64,000 nt of DNA. Origin: an uncultured virus (IMG/VR IMGVR_UViG_3300042154_002181) (Duplodnaviria > Heunggongvirae > Uroviricota > Caudoviricetes). Under the pieces are notes generated by a model. It searched no databases. It saw only the letters and a list, made by a program, of their open reading frames with translations, and had not been told where the DNA came from. Shown here one piece after another: positions 47,414 through 55,186 of this stretch. The first letter of the stretch is position 1. Each line of letters begins with the position of its first letter. The position numbers and the translations under genes were made by a program. The stretch lies in IMG/VR virus record IMGVR_UViG_3300042154_002181; one strand, written 5' to 3'.

Positions 47414-49666
47414 ATGATTAAGTCGTTTTTTATTTTTGTTTCGCTGTTTCCTATTTTAGCATACTCTCAAGATACAGTTTTCAATAAAAATTTAAGAGAG
47501 ATAACAGTAAAGTCAGTAGCCAAGAAAGAAAGTAATTTAGCGGTAATTAACTCCATCAAAAATAGTTCTGTAGTATCAGACGGAATATCTATAGAGTATA
47601 TAAAAAAGACTCCTGATAGAACTGTAGGTGATGCTTTAAAAAGAATTAACGGAGTTACTATTCAAAACGATAAATTCGTTTTAGTTAGAGGGCTAGCGGA
47701 TAGATACAATTCAGCCTTACTAAATAAAACCCTGCTTCCATCAACAGAACCAGATAGAAGAGCTTTCTCTTTTGATATAGTTCCTTCTAACTTAATAGAC
47801 AATATAGTTGTAGCAAAGTCTGCTGCAGCAAATCTACCCGGAGATTTTTCTGGCGGATTAATTCAAATAACAACTAAAGATGTATCTAATAGTTTTTTAA
47901 ATATTTCTCTAGGAACCGGTTGGGGTTTAGTTTCAACTTCGAAAGGCTTCAAGTTAGTACAAGGAGCTAAATTCCCTTCCGCGTTTCCTTCTACGTATAA
48001 CTTTAGAGTCGGTAGTTTAGGAGATAGAAGAGCATACACAAAGATGCTTCAATCTTATGAACCAAAAAGTTTTACATCTAGCCCTAATTATAATGGATCA
48101 CTTTCATTTGGAATTAATAAAAATAAATGGAATGCTTTATTGAGTTCTACAGGAAGGAGATCTCACACTTTAAATTACATCGATAGATTAGACTATCAAT
48201 CTTCTACAGAGCTTGCGTACAAATACAGAGACACTTCTTACACACAAATAGAATCTGTTAATTCTCTTTTGAATATTACTTACATAGGAAAGTATAGATA
48301 TAGTCTAAAAACTTTATTCAATCATCAAACAGAACAATCCTATCTTACCAGGTTCGGTGAGAACTACGACAACGTTCAAGACGTTAGAAGTACATCGAGT
48401 AATAAAATAGTAAAGACTGTTCTTAATTCTCAATTCGATACTAAGATCAAGACTGTTGATTTTAATATAGGTTATAACTTAATGTTGAGAGATCAACCTG
48501 ATTATAGAGTAAATCCTATTACTAAATCATTAGGAACAAATCAAAACTATTCCATAGCTTGGAGAGATACTTACAGATTTTGGAGTGTAATGAATGAAAA
48601 TAGTTTCAATGCAAGCGTTAACAAACAATTTAACAATATTAAGATAGGTTCTAATTATTTAAAAAAGATTAGACAGTTTCAAGCAAGAGTATTTAGATAC
48701 GAAGCTTCTGACTTGATGAACGAAATAACAAACAACACAGACAGATATAAAGCTGATTTCGATTTGATGACTGGTTATATCATGTACGATAGAGAGTTTG
48801 GAGACTGGAAGTTAAACACGGGCCTAAGAACAGAGTATAATGTATTCACAGTTAACACAGCAGATTTTAGTGGGCAAAAAGTAAATGTAGACAGAAAGTA
48901 TTTAGACTTTTTACCTTCATTAAATATATCAAAAACAGTAGACAGAATTAAGAAGAGGTTTTCTATAAGCAAAACCTTAGCAAGACCAGAATTTAGAGAA
49001 GTAGCTAACTTTGCTTACTATGACTTTATTAGAAATGCACAACTACTAGGTAACTCGAAATTAGAAAAGTCTGATGTTTACAATATAGATCTAAAATGGG
49101 AATACTATCCTAAAGCCGGTGAAACAATATCTATTGGAGTATTTGGTAAGCAATTCATAAAACCTATCGAACAAATCGTAGCAGATGGATCTGTTCCTTC
49201 AAACTTACTGTTAACTTATATGAACCCAGATCAAGCACATTTGTATGGTGTAGAAATAGAAGTAAGAAAGAAAATGACTTGCTGGATGGACTTCTACGCT
49301 AATACATCGATCATGACATCACAAGTAAATGTAAATGGATCTAAAAGACAACTACAAGGTCAGTCTAATTATATTATCAATGGAGGATTAAATTTACACA
49401 AAAACTCTAACACATTAAATGTAACATACAATAGAGTCGGAGATAGAATATCTGCAGTAGGTTTTCAAGGTTATTCAGATATATTTGAAAATTCTAGAGA
49501 CGTAGTAGATATTGTGTATCTTAGAAAGATAAAGAAAGCTGAAATAAAATTAGCCATATCAGATGTATTAGCTCAGCCTTCTAGATATTATCAAAAGAAT
49601 AGAGGCGACTTAATAAAAATAAACAATGAACAAACAGTCTCATTAACACTAAACGTAAACTTATGA
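47414..49666 (+). CDS. TonB-dependent outer-membrane receptor
   Basis: Signal peptide; plug motifs DALKRINGVT, VRGLADRY, FSGG.I.I.T; barrel motifs ARPEFRE, IDLKWEYY, LQGQS; terminal beta-signal LNVNL. Confidence 0.92.
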   Translation: MIKSFFIFVSLFPILAYSQDTVFNKNLREITVKSVAKKESNLAVINSIKNSSVVSDGISIEYIKKTPDRTVGDALKRINGVTIQNDKFVLVRGLADRYNSALLNKTLLPSTEPDRRAFSFDIVPSNLIDNIVVAKSAAANLPGDFSGGLIQITTKDVSNSFLNISLGTGWGLVSTSKGFKLVQGAKFPSAFPSTYNFRVGSLGDRRAYTKMLQSYEPKSFTSSPNYNGSLSFGINKNKWNALLSSTGRRSHTLNYIDRLDYQSSTELAYKYRDTSYTQIESVNSLLNITYIGKYRYSLKTLFNHQTEQSYLTRFGENYDNVQDVRSTSSNKIVKTVLNSQFDTKIKTVDFNIGYNLMLRDQPDYRVNPITKSLGTNQNYSIAWRDTYRFWSVMNENSFNASVNKQFNNIKIGSNYLKKIRQFQARVFRYEASDLMNEITNNTDRYKADFDLMTGYIMYDREFGDWKLNTGLRTEYNVFTVNTADFSGQKVNVDRKYLDFLPSLNISKTVDRIKKRFSISKTLARPEFREVANFAYYDFIRNAQLLGNSKLEKSDVYNIDLKWEYYPKAGETISIGVFGKQFIKPIEQIVADGSVPSNLLLTYMNPDQAHLYGVEIEVRKKMTCWMDFYANTSIMTSQVNVNGSKRQLQGQSNYIINGGLNLHKNSNTLNVTYNRVGDRISAVGFQGYSDIFENSRDVVDIVYLRKIKKAEIKLAISDVLAQPSRYYQKNRGDLIKINNEQTVSLTLNVNL

Positions 49667-50865
49667 AAAAGCTTTTCTTATTACTAATTGCTACCAGTAT
49701 CTTCAGTTGCACTAAAGAACTAGGCGGCGACGCGCAACCTATCAACGTACCTTCTGTAACTACATTGAGTGGTAACATTAATACTACAACTACTTTAACA
49801 TCAGACAAAGTATGGACACTCAAAGGATACGTGTATGTAACTGATGGTGCTAGATTAATCATTCAGCCTGGCACTACTATAATAAGTGATATTGCTGAGA
49901 AAGGTGCACTATGTATTGAAAGAGGCGCACAAATAATTGCAGAAGGAACCGTATCAAAACCTATCGTGTTTACATCAGGAAAACCTGAAGGAGAAAAAAC
50001 TCCTGGAGATTGGGGAGGTATTGTAATACTAGGCCGCGCTAAAACAAATAGATCGGCTGAACCAACTATTGAAGGTGGTATTGGTAGACCTTATGGTGGT
50101 ATGAATGATAATGATAATAGTGGTATATTAAAGTATATTCGTATAGAATATGCAGGCATAGCTGCACTACCAAACTCAGAAATCAATGGATTAACTTTAG
50201 GTGCAGTAGGATCAGGTACTACAATCGAAAATGTCCAAACTATCTACGCTAACGACGATGCCTTTGAATTTTTTGGAGGCACAGTATCACCTAAGAACTT
50301 ATATGCGTATGCTACAGCAGACGATGACTTCGACTTTGACTTTGGATATACTGGAACTGTAACAAACGGAGTATCAAAACGCGATCCTCAATTTGTAGAT
50401 AATGGAGATGCTGGTAATGGTGTAGAATGCGATAATGATGGAACAGGATCAAGCGCGCAGCCATTTACTCACCCAAAGCTAATTGGGATGATTCTGGTAG
50501 GCCCTTTTGATGCTAACTCAATAACCAATCATAACTTAGGATTGAGGTGGAGGAGAGCCACCCAATTCACAATAACTAACTCCAAGATACTAGGTTACAT
50601 GAAAGGCGGCTTTAGTATAGAGTCAAATGAAACTGCTCAAGCTTATAAAGATGGAGTCAGCAAGTTTGAAAATAACGAAGTACAAGCATTTGATCCATTA
50701 CAAAATTTTAGATCTACATCTGCTGTAATAATTGCATCAGAAATGAAAACAAAAGCATTGAGTCAAGGAAATAAAGAAGTGTCTTATACTAAAAACGAAA
50801 TGGAAACACTGTCAAAACCTGGTTGGACAGTTGGATGGACTAGATTCCCAAATAAGGGACATTAA
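49663..50865 (+). CDS. Lipoprotein with beta-helix-like body, partner of the TonB receptor
   Basis: Lipobox IFSC; PIVFTS, GDWGGIVILG, DNSG.L.Y.RIEYAG, DDAFEFFGG; overlaps receptor stop. Confidence 0.85.
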   Translation: MKKLFLLLIATSIFSCTKELGGDAQPINVPSVTTLSGNINTTTTLTSDKVWTLKGYVYVTDGARLIIQPGTTIISDIAEKGALCIERGAQIIAEGTVSKPIVFTSGKPEGEKTPGDWGGIVILGRAKTNRSAEPTIEGGIGRPYGGMNDNDNSGILKYIRIEYAGIAALPNSEINGLTLGAVGSGTTIENVQTIYANDDAFEFFGGTVSPKNLYAYATADDDFDFDFGYTGTVTNGVSKRDPQFVDNGDAGNGVECDNDGTGSSAQPFTHPKLIGMILVGPFDANSITNHNLGLRWRRATQFTITNSKILGYMKGGFSIESNETAQAYKDGVSKFENNEVQAFDPLQNFRSTSAVIIASEMKTKALSQGNKEVSYTKNEMETLSKPGWTVGWTRFPNKGH

Positions 50866-50872
50866 TAAATAT

Positions 50873-50898
50873 TAGGGAGCTAAATACTCCCTTTTTTT
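50873..50898 (+). terminator. Intrinsic terminator
   Basis: AGGGAG-ctaaata-CTCCCT plus T run. Confidence 0.8.
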
Positions 50899-50927
50899 AT
50901 ATTTATACGTAGATAAAACTACGTAAT

Positions 50928-51656
50928 ATGAAATACTTTATAGTGATTTTATGTCTATTAAACATATTTCTACTAAATAAAACAGCACGCTGTCAAGTAA
51001 TAGGATCTACAAAAACAGAAGAGTTTAAAGCAGATTTTGAAAAAAAGAAAGATATATCTGCCTACCTTGATTACGAAGGACCTCAGATTCCAATTCAAAT
51101 ATTAAAATGCGGTATTTCTGACGAAATATACGAAATGTATCCTGAACTTAAAGAAAAGAGAGTTGGTTTAGGAGTTGCTAATATTTCTATGGAATATTTA
51201 GAAAACTTAAATAGGTTTAAATTTACAGAAGATAAAACTGAGATTAAAAATAGAATGGTAAAACAATTCCAGGCTTCTCAAGCTGGTATTAGTGAGAATA
51301 AATTAGATGGCAGAGGTAAAATTAACTTAGCTGAATACTTCGTAACTATTGAAGTTTATGACTATTCTATATCAGAAGACGAAACTATTAATTTAAAAGA
51401 TGGGATTAAAGATAATATGGTAACTAGACTTGGTTTACAAGTACGTTTTACTAATGCAGAAACAGGGATAGTCTTTGGTGCATCAGGATTAGGCGAAGCA
51501 AAAACTACTAGAGAGTTAACATTACTTTCAGATGATTCTATAGATCCTATTAAGTTTAATCAATCTACCATTTCTATTGCTACTAAAAAAGCTTTAGACA
51601 TAGCATGCGCAAATATATTAGATAGAATGATTAAAAAAGCAATATTCAAAAACTAG
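50928..51656 (+). CDS. CsgG-like secreted/outer-membrane protein
   Basis: Signal peptide; GLGVANI..EYLE..NRFKF.E; A.YFVT....DY; VRF.NAETG.V; A.KKAL..A. Confidence 0.55.
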   Translation: MKYFIVILCLLNIFLLNKTARCQVIGSTKTEEFKADFEKKKDISAYLDYEGPQIPIQILKCGISDEIYEMYPELKEKRVGLGVANISMEYLENLNRFKFTEDKTEIKNRMVKQFQASQAGISENKLDGRGKINLAEYFVTIEVYDYSISEDETINLKDGIKDNMVTRLGLQVRFTNAETGIVFGASGLGEAKTTRELTLLSDDSIDPIKFNQSTISIATKKALDIACANILDRMIKKAIFKN

Positions 51657-51660
51657 TTAA

Positions 51661-52899
51661 GTGAAAACATGGATTACAAGTTTAACAATATTAGTTTTAA
51701 TATTATTAGCCGGTAATGCTAAAAGCCAAACTATTACAAACGTCTATGTTGATCCTTGTGATAATAAGATTTATACAGTATCTTTTCCACTAACAAATAT
51801 TGGAGTTCTAATTGTAATTAGAAGTGAGAGCAAAATATTTACAGTAAACGATTTTAGATCTGGTTCAGTAGACTTATGGATAAAGTCTATATTTTCTAAG
51901 CCATGTCCTGTTAATCAACAAACTGCTCAAGTAGTTACACAATCTGCAGTTCAAGCTGCATCATCGGCTGCATCATCGGCTGCAAGTTCAGCCGCCTCAA
52001 GCGCCGCTTCTAGTTCAGCATCATCTAGCGCATCAGCCTCTGTTTCTAGTCCTTCTGCTTCTCCATCTACAAGTTCATCTTCTAGCGGATCTTCTAGTTC
52101 AACATCTTCTGAATCTAAAAGTACATCTTCTGAATCTAAAACTGAAAGTAAGAGTGAAAGTAAGAGTGAATCTAAAAGTGAAGAAAAAAAAGAAGAGCAA
52201 AAACAAGAAGAAAAGAAAGAAGAAAAGAAAGATAGCAAAAAAGAAAAACTTCAATCAATAAATCCTGTTATAGTATCTGCTGATTTATCTTTTGCAGAAC
52301 AACCTCCACAAAAAAATATAGTACCTACTATGAATGTAGGAATTTCTCAATCATCATTTACTGGAATGTCTAGTTGGGGTATATCATCAACTATATTTAT
52401 GGACCTTAGTAAAATTGCAATTGGAGCTAGATATAGTAAAAATGAAACAAATAGCGTAGGTCAATTAGAAGCAGTACACACATTTAGTAATACATACTTT
52501 ACAGATTTTAAAAATCATATGATGTTTGCTGCATATACCTATGTGCAACCTATCGATAAATTAATCACTGGATATAATATTAGTTTTAACAGCACACTAT
52601 TAAATACAGGTCAATATAGCTTAGCCCCGTCAATTATATGTTTTGCTATGCGTCCAATACAGTTTAAAAGAAAAATCATAATCCCGGATATATTTATGAT
52701 CAGTTCTCCATATAGCTATTCTTTTACTAACAAAACAGAACTTAGAGATAGGAGCCTCATGTTTTTAACTGGATTTGCTACTGATTTTAAATTAACTAGA
52801 AAATTTAAAGTAAACGTAAACTTTAAAGTATTAATCAGCACAAATAAAGAATTGCCAATTCTTAATTCATTTATGATAGGAAGCAAGTTAAATTTATAA
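51661..52899 (+). CDS. Secreted protein with Ser-rich/charged linker and C-terminal beta-barrel-like domain
   Basis: Signal peptide; two Cys; (SSAA)n and (SESK)n repeats; amphipathic strands ending GSKLNL. Confidence 0.6.
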   Translation: MKTWITSLTILVLILLAGNAKSQTITNVYVDPCDNKIYTVSFPLTNIGVLIVIRSESKIFTVNDFRSGSVDLWIKSIFSKPCPVNQQTAQVVTQSAVQAASSAASSAASSAASSAASSSASSSASASVSSPSASPSTSSSSSGSSSSTSSESKSTSSESKTESKSESKSESKSEEKKEEQKQEEKKEEKKDSKKEKLQSINPVIVSADLSFAEQPPQKNIVPTMNVGISQSSFTGMSSWGISSTIFMDLSKIAIGARYSKNETNSVGQLEAVHTFSNTYFTDFKNHMMFAAYTYVQPIDKLITGYNISFNSTLLNTGQYSLAPSIICFAMRPIQFKRKIIIPDIFMISSPYSYSFTNKTELRDRSLMFLTGFATDFKLTRKFKVNVNFKVLISTNKELPILNSFMIGSKLNL

Positions 52900-52972
52900 G
52901 TACTATAAAGATAAATAATAATGGTTTTAAAAATCTGTCTTATATTTACCTTATAACAAAACAAAATAGAAC

Positions 52973-53125
52973 ATGAAAAAAGTAATGATCGTTATCGCAG
53001 CCGCACTTATGTTTGCTGCTTGTGGAGCCCCTGCTGAACAAATTGCTACTGACTCTACAACTGTAGATTCTACTGTAGCTGTGGATACTACGGCTCAAGC
53101 TGTAGATACGGCTTCTGCTAAGTAA
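52973..53125 (+). CDS. 50-aa lipoprotein, not in ORF track
   Basis: MKKVMIVIAAALMFAAC-GAPAEQIATDSTTVDSTVAVDTTAQAVDTASAK. Confidence 0.8.
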   Translation: MKKVMIVIAAALMFAACGAPAEQIATDSTTVDSTVAVDTTAQAVDTASAK

Positions 53126-53205
53126 TTTACATGGGATGTCGAGGGCACCGCTCGGAAAGGATACCGTTGAAACTCCTTTTTACAAATAAATCAAATACTT
53201 ATTAT

Positions 53206-53442
53206 ATGCAAGTTATGTGTATCAAAGGACATGAAGGTCTATTGACAGAAGGAGCTACGTATACAGTTACAGCTTTAACTCCTAACGGTAATTATCTACT
53301 AGAAGAAATAGAAGTACCAGAAGGATATACATCTTTCTCGCATGATAGATTTGCAGTACTTTCAGAAGCAGAAGACGGATGGACTCTAGAGCTTGAAGAA
53401 GCTTATTGGGCGCAACAACCAACTCCTGAATATAGTGTGTAG
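53206..53442 (+). CDS. Hypothetical protein (SH3-like)
   Basis: MQVMCI...LTEG.TYTV...F..DRF; ATG 53206 preferred. Confidence 0.55.
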   Translation: MQVMCIKGHEGLLTEGATYTVTALTPNGNYLLEEIEVPEGYTSFSHDRFAVLSEAEDGWTLELEEAYWAQQPTPEYSV

Positions 53443-53455
53443 TTCTTTAACTTAT

Positions 53456-53898
53456 GGGCCTGACTGGAATTGATCCGGTTGTTGAGGTAATACTACATGC
53501 AGGCATTTGAGTATACTGCCTTAGAAGATACTAAACAATAAACGCTGAAGAATTATCTTCATTCACCTTCGAAGACCTTATGGACTTCGTAGGCGCCGAC
53601 CTAGCTGTAGCAGCTTAGTCCGCATCGGGTGAGTAACCTAGGAACAGAACTACTCCGAGTATTCACGATCAACTCGTTAAATAAGGACTGTGGGAATGAG
53701 TGGCTCCCTAGCTACGTTGAGGCGTACCTCAAGCATTCTACGACACGGTATACAGGGGGCGAAGCCGTGCTATCAAGGTTTTATTAGTTGTACCTATTAA
53801 ACAACTGATGTACGGTGCAGCGCAAGCAGTACTAAGCATGTGATACGTTAGTATTATTGTCTCTATCGGAGACGAGAGTTCGAATCTCTCCAGGTCCA
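53456..53898 (+). ncRNA. ssrA: tmRNA
   Basis: 5' GGGCCTG pairs with 3' CAGGTCC-A with a G3:U wobble; T-arm GAGAG-TTCGAAT-CTCTC; tag ORF 53544-53618 after ATAAAC encodes AEELSSFTFEDLMDFVGADLAVAA*. Confidence 0.9.
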
Positions 53899-53988
53899 CA
53901 AAAAATTATCTGAATTTACAGATAATTATAGATAATAGTATTTAGCACAGATCCCTACGTTTTCTGCCCCAGGCTAAGTCTTTTAACA

Positions 53989-54020
53989 GGGCGGTTCTTA
54001 ATTGAACTGCCCATTTTTTT
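53989..54020 (+). terminator. Intrinsic terminator
   Basis: GGGCGGTTC-ttaatt-GAACTGCCC plus T run. Confidence 0.8.
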
Positions 54021-54024
54021 ACAC

Positions 54025-54095
54025 TGTTTCTTGGTGTAACGGTAGCACAAGTGGTTTTGGTCCACTTAGTTTAGGTTCGAATCCTAAAGGAACAT
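54025..54095 (+). tRNA. tRNA-Gln(TTG)
   Basis: Acceptor TGTTTCT/AGGAACA; anticodon arm AGTGG-TTTTGGT-CCACT; T-arm TTAGG-TTCGAAT-CCTAA; CCA not encoded. Confidence 0.88.
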
Positions 54096-54173
54096 CTCTT
54101 ACAAATTAATTAATATACTCAAAAGATCTATTTAATAAATTAGAAGATTTAGTATTATATTTAGATAATAGAT

Positions 54174-54329
54174 TATCAGATGGTGAAACACTCTAGAGTA
54201 TGGCAGACACACCCGCCCGTCTCGCGGGCGCAGAGTTTGAAATAGGTAAATGGATATGGGTTGACCACAAGCCGGCTATTTTGTCTCTTACCGAATCACT
54301 GCGTGAAGGTTCGAATCCTTCTCTGATAG
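54174..54329 (+). ncRNA. tRNA-like RNA with expanded D-loop and 75-nt variable arm (nominal anticodon GTC)
   Basis: Acceptor TATCAGA/TCTGATA; stem CCCGC-CCGTCTC-GCGGG; CGCAG...CTGCG closes the variable arm; T-arm GAAGG-TTCGAAT-CCTTC. Confidence 0.7.
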
Positions 54330-54335
54330 CTTTAT

Positions 54336-54419
54336 ACCTTAGTGGCGGAACGGTATACGCGTTTGACTTAAAATCAAATGGGCTGAAAGCCCGTATGGGT
54401 TCGAATCCCATCTTAGGTA
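54336..54419 (+). tRNA. tRNA-Leu(TAA)
   Basis: Acceptor ACCTTAG/CTTAGGT (one mismatch); TTTGA-CTTAAAA-TCAAA; variable arm GGGC-tgaaa-GCCC; T-arm ATGGG-TTCGAAT-CCCAT. Confidence 0.9.
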
Positions 54420-54434
54420 CTAAAATAAACAGTT

Positions 54435-54692
54435 ATGAATACAGACAACAATCCCATAGAAAAATGCGTAATATGTGGTAAAGATACCCCATATAGATTT
54501 AATGATCACATTGATTTGAGAATAGGATACGTAGAAGGCTCAGGCCAAGGATGTTATCAATCTCATATGTGTAGTCAAGAAAAAAGTAGAAGACTAATCA
54601 CAATCAGCGAGGAATTGGTATATAATACACCTAATGATCAAGAGCTAGGATCTAAAGTCAGAGAATTATATTGGAACACTAAAAATAAATAA
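54435..54692 (+). CDS. Small Zn-finger-like phage protein
   Basis: CVIC...HIDLR.GYVEG.GQ.C. Confidence 0.6.
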   Translation: MNTDNNPIEKCVICGKDTPYRFNDHIDLRIGYVEGSGQGCYQSHMCSQEKSRRLITISEELVYNTPNDQELGSKVRELYWNTKNK

Positions 54693-54693
54693 A

Positions 54694-54933
54694 ATGCAAC
54701 AACAAAAACCTGTACAAGTTAAAATACCTCTAGATAAAACTACTGGTGTTACATGTGAAGAATGCGGTAGTAGCGCATTTCAAGAAGCTTTAATGTTACG
54801 TAAAGTAAGTAGATTTTTAACTGGTGATGCACAAGACGGCGTAATGCCTATTGCTACATTTGCTTGTGTAAAATGTGGGCATGTTAACAAAGAGTTTTAT
54901 CCTAAAGAATTAACTAAGAATGAGCAAGAATAA
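54694..54933 (+). CDS. Zn-ribbon protein
   Basis: CEEC...CVKCGH. Confidence 0.65.
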   Translation: MQQQKPVQVKIPLDKTTGVTCEECGSSAFQEALMLRKVSRFLTGDAQDGVMPIATFACVKCGHVNKEFYPKELTKNEQE

Positions 54934-55186
54934 AGAAATCTGGGGAACAATTACCGAATATAAACCTGAGAACAGTAGAACAATTCTTAAAACTGATTCA
55001 ATAGTAGATTCAGTTCTAGACAAGTTTATTAGTCGCTCAAGGGTAGGAAAGAAAAAGTATAATACAGATCTAGATAGAGAAGATCTATCTTTATCAGATT
55101 GGCTTACGCACCTCCAAGAAGAGTTGATGGATGCAGTTAATTATATAGAGAAATTGAAAAGAATCATAGACGGTAAAAAGAACTAA
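54920..55186 (+). CDS. Hypothetical protein with MazG-like EExxD motif
   Basis: G..KY...L.R.DL....WL.HLQEELMDA..Y. Confidence 0.5.
   Translation: MSKNKEIWGTITEYKPENSRTILKTDSIVDSVLDKFISRSRVGKKKYNTDLDREDLSLSDWLTHLQEELMDAVNYIEKLKRIIDGKKN

Noticed and set aside
40255..52899. Bacterial chromosome or prophage boundary suggested by host-like genes
   Set aside because: These genes are interleaved with phage genes (endolysin, holin-like), share strand and promoter/terminator motifs, and no integrase or att site is seen. Assembly chimerism cannot be fully excluded without reads.
54193..54481. ORFs 54200..54481 (+) and 54193..54411 (-)
   Set aside because: They overlap the tRNA-like RNA and tRNA-Leu, which explain the sequence better.
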